Positions 17,492 through 26,322 of a stretch of 53,589 nt of DNA are shown one piece after another. Position 1 is the stretch's first letter, and each line of letters starts with the position of its first letter. Below the pieces are notes generated by a model. It did not search any database. It was not told the DNA's origin and saw only the letters and a list, made by a program, of their open reading frames with translations. Source of the stretch: Minisyncoccota bacterium (GTDB taxonomy: Bacteria; Patescibacteriota; Minisyncoccia; Phycocordibacterales; UBA6065); NCBI GenBank assembly GCA_036565605.1, contig DATCXV010000028.1, forward strand, positions 1 through 53,589, read 5' to 3'. A program made the position numbers and the translations under genes.

Positions 17492-17703
17492 AGAAAAAAA
17501 TAGACTGGGCACACCTCAACAAGCGACTGATTACATTCTGTGCGTTGGCACTTTTGTTCGTAGGCAGCCTGTCATATCTGGTGTCAGTGGCGTTTAAAAG
17601 CCGTGACTCGATGCAGCAGTCAAAGCAGAACAGGGATATCGAGATATATTTGGACGACTTGAACCAGACCGCTTCACCGTCAGCTTCGGCTACGGCCGAG
17701 TAA
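17476..17703 (+). CDS. Small single-pass membrane protein, hypothetical
   Basis: 75 aa; overlaps hpf end by 16 nt; one TM helix (LITFCALALLFVGSLSYLVSVAF). Confidence 0.5.
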   Translation: METNLEKKIDWAHLNKRLITFCALALLFVGSLSYLVSVAFKSRDSMQQSKQNRDIEIYLDDLNQTASPSASATAE

Positions 17704-18565
17704 ACTCTTTCCAGGCAATTTCTTTCTTGCCTTCGGGAATAACTTTTTTGATGACGAATGTACCGTTTTCGAATGTGGCGTCTGAAATGACGATGCGCTG
17801 TTTGCCTTTGGGTGTATCTTGGAAAAAGTACGAACCAGGCCAGCCTTTAAAGGCGTTATAGCGAAGCCAGTTTTGATACGAATCTGCCGAAAGATCCAGA
17901 AGCCCGTCTTCTTTGGTAATTTTTTTGGTGAGCGTTGCTTTGCTGTGATCTTGCTCGGTTTCGGGAAACAGGGCGGGGTCAGGGAATTTTTCTAAGAGAT
18001 CGGCGATCATGGTGCCGCCTTCGATTGCAAGGAGCTTGCCCAGGGTTTCCTGATCAACCGGCCATGAATGCAGGTTCGCTTTTTTCTGGGCCAGAATCGG
18101 TCCGTGATCCATAAGCGCGTCAAGGCGCATGATTGTGACTCCAGTTTCGCGCATATCAGCAAGGATTGCCGACTGAATAGGCGATGATCCACGCAAAAGG
18201 GGAAGGAGCGACGGATGGACATTGATGGTTTTGCGCGCCGGTATGTTCAGAATATTTTCCGGCATAATCTTTCCGTATGCAGCGACGATGAAAAGATCCC
18301 ATCCATCCGCACCTGCAAGATTACGAAGTTCTGTTTCGAATTCCGGAGTGCGAATTTTCTCGGGTTGGATGACAGGAACAGCGTGTGCCTGTGCCCAGAC
18401 TTTCGCAGGTGGAGGGGTCATGACAAGCTTACGGCCTTTGGGCGCATCGGGCGCGGCCACGATAAGGTCGGGTAGGATACCGCGCTTAAGAAGCGCGTCT
18501 AATACCCATACCGCGAAATCCGGCGTGCCGAAAAAGGCGATTTTATTCTTCTGGTGGGGCATCAT
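17690..18565 (-). CDS. fmt: Methionyl-tRNA formyltransferase
   Basis: KIAFFGTPDFAV...INVHPSLLPLLRGSSPIQSAIL... Start moved to ATG 18565 (MMPHQKNKIAFFGTP). The track's 383-aa N-terminal extension overlaps def. Confidence 0.9.
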   Translation of the reverse strand: MMPHQKNKIAFFGTPDFAVWVLDALLKRGILPDLIVAAPDAPKGRKLVMTPPPAKVWAQAHAVPVIQPEKIRTPEFETELRNLAGADGWDLFIVAAYGKIMPENILNIPARKTINVHPSLLPLLRGSSPIQSAILADMRETGVTIMRLDALMDHGPILAQKKANLHSWPVDQETLGKLLAIEGGTMIADLLEKFPDPALFPETEQDHSKATLTKKITKEDGLLDLSADSYQNWLRYNAFKGWPGSYFFQDTPKGKQRIVISDATFENGTFVIKKVIPEGKKEIAWKEFTRP

Positions 18566-19070
18566 GCAAATCTGTCGCTTTATCAATAAAGAGTACGCCG
18601 TCGAGATGGTCGATTTCGTGCTGGAAAATTTGTGCAACAAGGCCCGAACCTCCAGCTTCGAACCAAACACCTTCTTCGTCTTGGGCGCGAACGCGTGCTT
18701 TGGTCGCGCGCGAGACCCGGCCATAAAGATATCGAACGGACAGGCAGCCTTCTTCCATTTCTTCACGGTCACGCGAAAGTTTGACGATTTCGGGATTGAT
18801 GAAGATCTGATCATCGGACTTCGGTGTGCTCTCAGTTGCATCTTCGGGCTCGTCCATGGTCATGTCGATGGCGCGTCCGGCAACGACGAATATGCGGTAG
18901 GGGATGCCGATCTGCGGTGCGGCGATAGCGACCGCATCGTCTTGCGACGCGATGGCTGTCTTCATGTCGGCAATGATCTGGGAAAGCTTCTTGGTGCCAA
19001 ACATGCTTTCGGGCACGGACTTGGCCTTTTCACGAAGGACCGGCGCGTCTTTCTGGAGGATGGTTACCAT
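18543..19070 (-). CDS. def: Peptide deformylase
   Basis: Motifs AIAAPQIG, EGCLS, QHEIDHLDG. Confidence 0.93.
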   Translation of the reverse strand: MVTILQKDAPVLREKAKSVPESMFGTKKLSQIIADMKTAIASQDDAVAIAAPQIGIPYRIFVVAGRAIDMTMDEPEDATESTPKSDDQIFINPEIVKLSRDREEMEEGCLSVRYLYGRVSRATKARVRAQDEEGVWFEAGGSGLVAQIFQHEIDHLDGVLFIDKATDLHDAPPEE

Positions 19071-19099
19071 ATTGACATAAGTCTATATAAAATCGCCTA

Positions 19100-19135
19100 A
19101 AAGGCAAAAGGGAACAAAAAAGCGGCAGATCTTTC
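19100..19135 (-). terminator. Rho-independent terminator (minus strand)
   Basis: gcggcagatc-gaaa-gatctgccgc followed by TTTTTTgTTccc on the minus strand. Confidence 0.8.
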
Positions 19136-19161
19136 GATCTGCCGCTCGCGAACCCGAAGGT

Positions 19162-19770
19162 TCAATTGGTCAAGGAACCTGCCGCGAAGCGCTTTTCCGC
19201 CTCGGCGTAGATCTCTTGGTAGAGCATCCCGCTCGGAGCGAAGTGGCGCTTCAGTGTATCGTGTCCCGTATCAACGAGAAATCGGATATTCTCCTTGATG
19301 TTCGCAATCTCTTTTTTGATGTAGTCCGGGTGGTGATTGCTCTTTGTTACCTCGAGTTGGACGACAGCACAGCTCACAAGTTGCTCCTTCAGCTGTTTGA
19401 CCATGTTTTCGATGGTATCTTCAGGATCAAGTCCGAGCGCAGCGCAATTATCGCGATGTTCTCTTAGAAGACAATTCCACTCTTCGTCGCGTTCACGTTC
19501 CTTTTTAAAGGTGATCACCGAGCAAAAGGCGAAGAATCCAGTAAGAGGAAACATGATGACAGAGAGCATGATGAGGTCGCTGCCCGTAGCCGGTGCGACG
19601 AAAGGGGCAAGGAGGCAAGCGATGGTGCAAACCACCGCAAGCCAACCGGAACCCCTTTCGGCTTTGCCGATATTGCGCAGCTCCATGGCATTCATTCTTT
19701 CAAACGACCACTCATTCGTGAGCGAGTAGAGTAGTGTCGGATCGATGGATGGTTTGACTGACTTTTTCAT
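19162..19770 (-). CDS. Hypothetical membrane protein (2 TM helices plus coiled C-terminal domain)
   Basis: Start set to ATG 19770 (MKKSVKP), preceded by cAGGAG 9 nt upstream. The track start at 19806 lies in the leader RNA. Confidence 0.7.
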   Translation of the reverse strand: MKKSVKPSIDPTLLYSLTNEWSFERMNAMELRNIGKAERGSGWLAVVCTIACLLAPFVAPATGSDLIMLSVIMFPLTGFFAFCSVITFKKERERDEEWNCLLREHRDNCAALGLDPEDTIENMVKQLKEQLVSCAVVQLEVTKSNHHPDYIKKEIANIKENIRFLVDTGHDTLKRHFAPSGMLYQEIYAEAEKRFAAGSLTN

Positions 19771-19908
19771 TGTAACGAACTCCTGTATGCCGTGGTTGGC
19801 GATCAAAGGACTTCCGGCCCATTACCTGATTCCGCGAAAGCGGAGAGGCTACGCAAGGCTTCCGGCCCGCGTCTTGATCGAGAGAATGCATGGCAAGTTA
19901 CAATCTCT
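19771..19908 (-). promoter_or_regulatory. Structured ~138-nt 5' leader (candidate cis-regulatory RNA)
   Basis: Closing helix cgatcaa.gac / gtc..ttgatcg, two inner hairpins and a tandem GGGCCGGAAG motif. Lies downstream of a near-consensus promoter. Confidence 0.35.
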
Positions 19909-19915
19909 ACTTTAT

Positions 19916-19944
19916 ATTATACACCTTAATGATGAGAAAGTCAA
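19916..19944 (-). promoter_or_regulatory. Near-consensus sigma-70 promoter TTGACT-17 nt-TATAAT
   Basis: Minus strand reads TTGACTttctcatcattaaggtgTATAAT. Confidence 0.7.
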
Positions 19945-19970
19945 TAGACCGAAAGGCTTTAAAATTAGGT

Positions 19971-21869
19971 CTATAAAATGGATTCTGGATCGACATTGAC
20001 CGCATACGACGGCGGTAATTGGCGCAAGCGAGAGATAAGTTCTAGGTGCGGCCAATCCTTGCGTGGCACTTTTACCAAAGCATGCATGACGAAGTCTCCG
20101 CGTACTGTGGCGACAAAGGCAGGAAAAACATCGACGGTGAATCCTTCAAGTGCCACTTTTAGCTGCTCCATGGCCGCAAGGGTATCGTCTCGGCTGCCGG
20201 CGTATGAAATTTTGATGAAAGTTGAAAAGGGAGGAAAGTCGAATGTTTTGCGCGCTTCGATCTCTTCACGATAGAAATCGATAATGTTGCCTTTGACGGC
20301 ATGCGTTAGTACCGACGCTTCGGGGTGTCGCGTTTGAAGCAGGAATTGTTTTTGGGCTGCGGCGCGCAGGCGGGCGATGATAGAAAAAACTTTCTCGTTG
20401 ATTTTGAAATCTGGAATGGCGAACAGGGAATCAAGAGATGCTACCGCTGTGCGCTCGACAGGCTTGTCCATATAAAGAAGTGCTAGTTCCGTACCGACCA
20501 GCACGCTCCCGGGCGATGAATACCATTCTTCGGTGATCTCCAGTGCTCTTTTGTGTGTGGGTGCGGAGGTTTTGTCGAGACGCAGAACCGTGGTGCCGCG
20601 CATTGTGTCGCGGATCTCTTCTTCGATACGTTCGGTGCCGATACCCAACGTGACCAAACGCCAGCTATTGCAGGTGCGGCACGTCATGTGGGCATCTTCG
20701 CGTTTGCCGCAGCGATTGCACAAGAAAAAACGACGCTCATCTTTGCCATACAAAACCAGTGGCGCCGAACAGTGGTCGCAGGTGACGACCGTCTCGCAGT
20801 CGCTGCAGATGGTTTGTGGAGCTAGACCCTTGCGGCCAGCAAAGACAAACAAAAGCCCGGACTCTTCATGCGTTTTTTGGATCATGGAAAGAAGTTCGTC
20901 AGAAAGCAGGCGAATACCCAAACCATGAAGCGAGCCGCCTGGTCGCTTGTAAGTTTTCATGTCGATAAGCTCATCCTTGGCCGTTGAAAGCGAACGCATG
21001 GAAAGCGGCGCGTATTCGGTGAGGGTGCCTTCGTCATGACGCCACAGTGTTTCGACTGAAAGATTCAAGTCGCCGAAGATGAGATCTGCGCCGATCTCGC
21101 GGGCGAACTTTTCAGCAAAGAATCTGATGTCGAGGAATGGTCGTGCGGAAAGTTTATAGCCGCGGGAGTTTTCTCGCTCGACTAAGATAAGTCCGATGTC
21201 ATGGCGAGGAAGCGAAAGGAAGGCACCGGTAGCGACGATGACGATTGGGTGGGGATCGTCGAGTGCGGCTTTCCAGCGTTTGATGATTTCGGTCTTGGAA
21301 AGTCCGCCGTGCAAGATGTATGTGTATTGGCTGATGCCTTTTTCAAATGTTTCGGTAGCTTTTTTGATGTCTTCAACCGTAGGTAGGACCATGAAGACCG
21401 ACTCTTTGCGGGCAAAGCGTTCACGGACCAGACTTTTATAATGTCCGGAACGATCATCATCGGGTTTTTGTAGGGCGTATGATTCGCGTGGTTTTTTACG
21501 GACAATGCGCGGCTTTGGTTCAGGGAGTGCGTCAAATGAGGCAAGGATCGGTGCGGGAACCAATTCGAAAAGGGCTGAACCGACCGTGCCTGCATAATAA
21601 TGTGCTGTTGTTTGGGCTGCTGCAAAAAATTCAGGCGAGAGAAAAGCGCGAGCCTCGGGGTCTGCGATCTTTTTCACTTCGAAGTTTGCCGATTTTATTT
21701 CGCTTTTCGCGGCGGCCGCGCTTTCGCAGGACGCGACAATTGCCCCCACCGTGCGCTTGCGCAACGGCGCGCGTATAACCGCCCCGGTCGCGGCCGCCGC
21801 CGGGCTCCAATACGAAAGTTCCTCTACGCCAACGCCGCGCGCAATAGGGATTGCTTTGATCAAAAACAC
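19971..21869 (-). CDS. priA: Primosomal protein N' (PriA)-like protein with degenerate helicase motifs
   Basis: PriA-type N-terminal domain and Cys-rich region CSDC..CDHC...CNRC...CRTC. Expected GSGKT, DEEH, SATP and GRAGR positions read DRSGHY, VEREN, DLNL and ARLRAAA. GTG start. Confidence 0.8.
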   Translation of the reverse strand: MFLIKAIPIARGVGVEELSYWSPAAAATGAVIRAPLRKRTVGAIVASCESAAAAKSEIKSANFEVKKIADPEARAFLSPEFFAAAQTTAHYYAGTVGSALFELVPAPILASFDALPEPKPRIVRKKPRESYALQKPDDDRSGHYKSLVRERFARKESVFMVLPTVEDIKKATETFEKGISQYTYILHGGLSKTEIIKRWKAALDDPHPIVIVATGAFLSLPRHDIGLILVERENSRGYKLSARPFLDIRFFAEKFAREIGADLIFGDLNLSVETLWRHDEGTLTEYAPLSMRSLSTAKDELIDMKTYKRPGGSLHGLGIRLLSDELLSMIQKTHEESGLLFVFAGRKGLAPQTICSDCETVVTCDHCSAPLVLYGKDERRFFLCNRCGKREDAHMTCRTCNSWRLVTLGIGTERIEEEIRDTMRGTTVLRLDKTSAPTHKRALEITEEWYSSPGSVLVGTELALLYMDKPVERTAVASLDSLFAIPDFKINEKVFSIIARLRAAAQKQFLLQTRHPEASVLTHAVKGNIIDFYREEIEARKTFDFPPFSTFIKISYAGSRDDTLAAMEQLKVALEGFTVDVFPAFVATVRGDFVMHALVKVPRKDWPHLELISRLRQLPPSYAVNVDPESIL

Positions 21870-21875
21870 GCCCCC

Positions 21876-21881
21876 AGTATA
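21876..21881 (-). promoter_or_regulatory. -10 box TATACT, exactly 6 nt upstream of priA GTG
   Basis: Minus strand reads ggcTATACTgggggcGTGttt. Confidence 0.4.
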
Positions 21882-21893
21882 GCCTGGGCTGGC

Positions 21894-22433
21894 TTATTCG
21901 TCTTCATCCAAATCGTCCTCGGTATTTTCGTCCTCTTCTGTGTCGACCAGTGCCTTTTCGTTAATCGATTCTTCTGCTGCCTTTGCCAATTTCTCGTCCG
22001 CTGCCTTTTCCTCTTCTAATGTCGCTTGCAAAAGTTTTGCAGCCTCGCTGTATCCCAACAATTTTGCCCACACTACGGATGACAAGTATCCGGCCATCTC
22101 ATAATGTTCGACATAACGGGCCGACGCGATAAGTCCCGCATCCAAGGCCGCTGGCGACGGCTCTTCTTTAATAAGCCACTGGGTATCTTCGACCAACCCA
22201 CGAATTGCCATGACTTTCGTTTTCTTGGGCTTCATGCCGATCTCGCTGAAGACCGCTTCCAAGCGTTCGACGTGGCCCCTGGTTTCTTCCAAATGATCCA
22301 AAAATGACTGTCGCAGGTCCGGATCCGTCGCAGCTTTTGCCATTTTTGGCAAAGCTTTGACGATTTCGGACTCGATATCGTACAGCGCCATGATTTTCAG
22401 CGCGAAGAGGTCGTGGAGCGATTCGAGCTTCAT
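21894..22433 (-). CDS. Ferritin-like DUF892 (YciE/YciF) family protein with acidic tail
   Basis: LHDLFALKIMALYDIESEIVKALPKMA...FLDHLEETRGHVERLE...YVEHYEMAGY...EEEKAADEKL. Confidence 0.8.
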   Translation of the reverse strand: MKLESLHDLFALKIMALYDIESEIVKALPKMAKAATDPDLRQSFLDHLEETRGHVERLEAVFSEIGMKPKKTKVMAIRGLVEDTQWLIKEEPSPAALDAGLIASARYVEHYEMAGYLSSVVWAKLLGYSEAAKLLQATLEEEKAADEKLAKAAEESINEKALVDTEEDENTEDDLDEDE

Positions 22434-22538
22434 ATGTTTTTTGATGAGGCTGATAAAAAAAAGTATTGTCGACGAGAGCTACAGATGAAATACGACCGGC
22501 GCGAAGGTGGAGTTTCAGCAGATAGACGCATTGTCATA

Positions 22539-22544
22539 TATAAT
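22539..22544 (+). promoter_or_regulatory. -10 box TATAAT, exactly 6 nt upstream of murA ATG
   Basis: catatTATAATgtcttcATGcca. Confidence 0.45.
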
Positions 22545-22550
22545 GTCTTC

Positions 22551-23837
22551 ATGCCAGAAAATTCCTATCGCATCACGGGCTTGGGCGGAAAAAAGACGTT
22601 ATCAGGAGAGATCGCTGTTGGCGGTGCAAAGAACGCCGCTTTGAAAGTCATGGCAGCCGCTGCACTGTTTTCTGACCGCATCGAGTTGAAGAACGTACCC
22701 GAGATTGAAGATGTAAATCGTATGGCCGAATTGCTTGAGGGCGTCGGTATGAAGATAGAAAAAGGAAAACAGGGAGAGAAGAATGCCCGTACGATCATGG
22801 TGCTCGAGAAGCTTAACCCGGATCTTCCATACGGTCCGGCACAAGCCATGCGATCGTCGATTGTGCTTACGGGCCCGATGCTTGCGCGCATGGGTCGTGT
22901 CTCGTTTCCGAATCCGGGAGGCTGTTCACTCGGTAACCGTCCGATCGATTTGTTCTTGGAAGGCTTCCGTTGTTTCGGCGCTACCATCACAACCGAGGGT
23001 GATAACTATGTAGCAAGCGCGCCTCATGGTCTGGTCGGCATGGAGTATTTCTTCAAGGTGCAAAGTCACACTGGCACCGAGACCTTGATGATGGCCGCAA
23101 CGTTAGCTCGCGGAACAACGGTGCTTAAAAACTGTGCGCTTGAACCCGAAGTGAAATCGCTTGCTGATTTTTTGAACGCCTGCGGTGCCGATATCACGGG
23201 GGCTGGCACATCGACAATTGTCATAAAGGGAGGTAAGCCGCTTTCGGGTGCGCAGACGCCATATATCACTATGCCTGATCGTATCGAGACAGGAAGCTTC
23301 ATGATTTTAGGCGCACTGTGTGCCAAAAAGCTTGTGATCACAGGCTGTGTGCCCGAGCACGTAGAAGTGACGACCGAAATTCTACGCAGCGCCGGGGTCA
23401 CGATCGAGACTGCGCAAAACTCGATCACTGTCTTTGGTGCAGAGAAGTTGTCGGCGGTAAACGTCCGCACGCATGAATATCCGGGTCTGCCGACGGATCT
23501 TCAGGCTCCGATGGGCGTGTTTCTTACCCAAGCCGAAGGCGAAAGTGCCTTGTTCGAGACGATCTACGAAGGTCGCCTGGGCTATGCAAAAGATTTGGCG
23601 GCGATGGGTGCGGACATCACGCTGCAAGATAGTCACCGTGCCATTATCAAGGGCCCACGTGCATTGAAGGGCAGCACGGTCAAGGCGCCAGACTTGCGCG
23701 CGGGCATAGCATTTGTCATCGCGGGTTTGATCGCGAGCGGAGAGACCACGATTTTGAATGCGTACGTTATTGATCGTGGTTACGAACGATTGGCCGAGCG
23801 GCTTTCGGCGATTGGTGTCGACATTAAAAGAGGGTAG
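22551..23837 (+). CDS. murA: UDP-N-acetylglucosamine 1-carboxyvinyltransferase
   Basis: YRITGLGGKKTLSGEIAVGGAKNAALKVMAAAAL; active-site loop PNPGGCSLGNRPIDL. Start moved from track 22413 to ATG 22551. Confidence 0.92.
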   Translation: MPENSYRITGLGGKKTLSGEIAVGGAKNAALKVMAAAALFSDRIELKNVPEIEDVNRMAELLEGVGMKIEKGKQGEKNARTIMVLEKLNPDLPYGPAQAMRSSIVLTGPMLARMGRVSFPNPGGCSLGNRPIDLFLEGFRCFGATITTEGDNYVASAPHGLVGMEYFFKVQSHTGTETLMMAATLARGTTVLKNCALEPEVKSLADFLNACGADITGAGTSTIVIKGGKPLSGAQTPYITMPDRIETGSFMILGALCAKKLVITGCVPEHVEVTTEILRSAGVTIETAQNSITVFGAEKLSAVNVRTHEYPGLPTDLQAPMGVFLTQAEGESALFETIYEGRLGYAKDLAAMGADITLQDSHRAIIKGPRALKGSTVKAPDLRAGIAFVIAGLIASGETTILNAYVIDRGYERLAERLSAIGVDIKRG

Positions 23838-23851
23838 GAAACAGAAAGATG

Positions 23852-23887
23852 AAAAAAGCCGCGCGGTCTGCCGCGCGGCTTATATTT
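23852..23887. terminator. Bidirectional rho-independent terminator
   Basis: AAAAAAgccgcgcgg-tct-gccgcgcggcTTaTaTTT, between convergent genes. Confidence 0.8.
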
Positions 23888-23896
23888 GATGGTTGA

Positions 23897-24358
23897 TCAC
23901 GATTCGATCAGGTTCACCAGTTCGTGTAAATAATGCGAGACCTTCTGTCGCGCATTGAGCGGCGGATCGTTGATGACGCGATCGTCTGGATCAGGCATTA
24001 ACCGAATCAGGTCGAGCGTTGGCATCAGCCCGTTTCGCCGTTCGCGGTCGATCTCGATCCAAATGCGCAGCCATACTGCTCGCGCAATATTGTTGCCAGC
24101 ACGCCGCGCAACTTCCGCCAGGAATTTGTGGAAGTTGGGTGCACGGCTTTGGATCATTTTGTGGTCCGGGTGATGGCGCTCGGGCAGTTGTGCGTAATAA
24201 TTGATGCGCCGTTCGTCGACCGCGCTTATCGTGGCGAGGTGCAATAGTGAAGGCATGGGAGGGATGTGTTCTGTCATTTTTATACCGTACTTACGTACCA
24301 GTTTCAAGGTTCTTGAGGATAATAAGAAGCTGCGCACATTTTGTGCGCGGCAAAGCAT
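23897..24358 (-). CDS. Hypothetical protein
   Basis: 153-aa ORF with no recognisable motif. Alternative start at ATG 24277 (MTEHIPP). Confidence 0.55.
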   Translation of the reverse strand: MLCRAQNVRSFLLSSRTLKLVRKYGIKMTEHIPPMPSLLHLATISAVDERRINYYAQLPERHHPDHKMIQSRAPNFHKFLAEVARRAGNNIARAVWLRIWIEIDRERRNGLMPTLDLIRLMPDPDDRVINDPPLNARQKVSHYLHELVNLIES

Positions 24359-24419
24359 GAACCTTCTGGTGCATTAAATTGTCGATAAGGTCAACTATCG
24401 CCAAAGCCTGCAAAAAGCG

Positions 24420-24425
24420 TATAGT
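24420..24425 (+). promoter_or_regulatory. -10 box TATAGT, 9 nt upstream of mreB ATG
   Basis: gcgTATAGTtacgccactATG. Confidence 0.4.
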
Positions 24426-24434
24426 TACGCCACT

Positions 24435-25448
24435 ATGGCACTGTTCGCAAAGAAGCTCGGTATTGATTTGGGTACGGCAAACACCTTGGTGTTCTTGCCG
24501 GGCAAAGGCATTGTTCTGAACGAGCCGTCCGTCGTCGCCGTTTCCGAGCAAGATAATAAAATTTTGGCTGTGGGAAACGACGCCAAAGATATGATCGGTC
24601 GCACGCCTGAATCGATCATTGCGTACCGTCCGATGAAAGACGGCGTCATTGCTGACTATCGCGTTACCGAAGCGATGCTGCGTTACTTCATCGACAAAGC
24701 GCTGGGCAAATGGAATATCTGGAAGCCGGAAGTGCTTGTCTCGGTCCCGGCAGGTATTACGTCGACTGAACGACGCGCTGTCGTCGAGGCGGCTATCAAA
24801 GCGGGTGCCAAGAACGCCTATGTAGTGAAGGAACCGATTCTTGCCGCTATCGGCGCAGGTATTCCGATTCATGAACCGCGCGGACATATGGTTGTCGACA
24901 TTGGCGGAGGTACAACCGACGTTGCGGTGATCTCGCTTGGCGGTATCGTTGCTTCGACCTCTGTTAAATGCGCGGGTAATCGAATCGATGCTGCAATCGC
25001 AGACTATATAAAGAAGACATTCAATCTGGGCGTGGGTGACAAGACATCCGAAGAAATCAAGATTCAGATTGGTTCGGCGGTGCCCTTAGAAGAAGAGTTG
25101 TCTATGACTATCAAAGGTCGCGACTTTATTTCCGGCTTGCCTCGCTCGACCGAAATCAAGACGAACGAGATTGTCAAAGCCGTAAGTCGCGAATTGCGCG
25201 AGATGATCAAAGCCATCAAAGATGTGCTTCAAGAGACGCCACCGGAACTGGCCGCTGACATTATCGACCACGGCATTATCATGACTGGCGGCTCGTCACA
25301 GTTGCGCAATTTTCCGGAACTCGTTTTCCGTCGCACAGGAGTCAAAGCGATTCTGGCTGATGAAGCTTTATATTGCGTAGCAAAGGGAACAGGCATTGCG
25401 CTTGATCACCTGGATGTCTACAAAAGGACGATTTTGGCAAAGCGATAG
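24435..25448 (+). CDS. mreB: Rod shape-determining protein MreB (stand-alone paralog)
   Basis: LGIDLGTANTLVF...NEPSVVAV...VVDIGGGTTDVAVISLGG...IIMTGGSSQLRNF. Confidence 0.92.
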   Translation: MALFAKKLGIDLGTANTLVFLPGKGIVLNEPSVVAVSEQDNKILAVGNDAKDMIGRTPESIIAYRPMKDGVIADYRVTEAMLRYFIDKALGKWNIWKPEVLVSVPAGITSTERRAVVEAAIKAGAKNAYVVKEPILAAIGAGIPIHEPRGHMVVDIGGGTTDVAVISLGGIVASTSVKCAGNRIDAAIADYIKKTFNLGVGDKTSEEIKIQIGSAVPLEEELSMTIKGRDFISGLPRSTEIKTNEIVKAVSRELREMIKAIKDVLQETPPELAADIIDHGIIMTGGSSQLRNFPELVFRRTGVKAILADEALYCVAKGTGIALDHLDVYKRTILAKR

Positions 25449-25470
25449 GAAAGGAGATACAGAGGCAGAA

Positions 25471-25500
25471 AAAAGCCGCGAACCGAAGGTTCGCGGCTTT
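25471..25500. terminator. Bidirectional rho-independent terminator
   Basis: AAAAAAgccgcgaacc-gaa-ggttcgcggcTTTg. Confidence 0.8.
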
Positions 25501-25502
25501 GT

Positions 25503-26216
25503 CTAATAGACTGCTCGCCCTACGACTGAATGGTCTCGTGCAAGCGGTCCAACGATCGCTTGAAGCGTAGCCTCATCAATCGGGATGCCAAACTCGCCTC
25601 CGTACTCTTCGACGATGATCTTGTGAAGGTGTTCCCGCGTCCGACTGAGCCGGCTTTTAACGGTGCCGCACTCGATCTTGAGTTTCTTCGCAATATCTTC
25701 GTACGAGCGGTGTATAAGCTTGTAATGAAGGATCACCTGCTGTTCATGTGTCAGTTTCTTCATACAGGCCCGGATAATTGCCGCAAGCTCATAGTCTTCG
25801 GCCTTACGGTCGGGACCATGATCGATTTCAGCTAGGAGATCTCCAAAATGCAGATTTCCGTCGGCAGCATTTTGTAACGGGGCATCAGTCGAAACGGATC
25901 GCCCGCGTCCGCGACGCCAATTGTACAAATACCGATTCTTGCTTATGTTTTGGCAGATTCGATAAAGCCAGCTCGACAGTGCGCAATCTCCACGGAAATC
26001 CGGGAGTTTACGATAAGCATTTCGCAGTGCGTCCTGCGCGATCTCTTCAGCATCTGCATGATTGCGAATAATCGTAAATGCGACGTTGGTGAGGTAGGGC
26101 CGATAGTTTCGGTAGATTTCTTCGAACGCTGATTCGTCGCCTTTCTTGAAACGATCAACTAATACTGCGTCGCGCTCCGCCGCGGTTACTGTCTTCTCTG
26201 AGAGGAAGCCGTTCAT
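25503..26216 (-). CDS. RNA polymerase sigma-70 family (ECF-type) sigma factor
   Basis: FEEIYRNYRPYLTNVAFTIIRNHADAEEIAQDALRNAYRKLPDFRG...SSWLYRICQNIS and region 4 SYEDIAKKLKIECGTVKSRLSRTREHL. Confidence 0.88.
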   Translation of the reverse strand: MNGFLSEKTVTAAERDAVLVDRFKKGDESAFEEIYRNYRPYLTNVAFTIIRNHADAEEIAQDALRNAYRKLPDFRGDCALSSWLYRICQNISKNRYLYNWRRGRGRSVSTDAPLQNAADGNLHFGDLLAEIDHGPDRKAEDYELAAIIRACMKKLTHEQQVILHYKLIHRSYEDIAKKLKIECGTVKSRLSRTREHLHKIIVEEYGGEFGIPIDEATLQAIVGPLARDHSVVGRAVY

Positions 26217-26307
26217 GGTGGATGGTGGGGTGGGTTGGGAAAGTACTGACCGATACTGGTATTCACGCTACCACTCAAAATTAATATGCACAAGGGCTAT
26301 TTTCGTT

Positions 26308-26316
26308 TGCTATACT
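26308..26316 (+). promoter_or_regulatory. Extended -10 (TGcTATACT), exactly 6 nt upstream of GTG 26323
   Basis: ttTGcTATACTtcagtcGTGttc. Confidence 0.45.
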
Positions 26317-26322
26317 TCAGTC

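Noticed and set aside
19771-19908. SRP (4.5S) RNA, suggested by the strong promoter and CCGGAAG loops.
   Set aside because: The conserved helix-8 signature (GGUCCGGAAGGAAGCAGC with its symmetric and asymmetric loops) is not present. The 5' and 3' ends do not form the long SRP helix. An SD-led ORF follows immediately, which fits a leader better.
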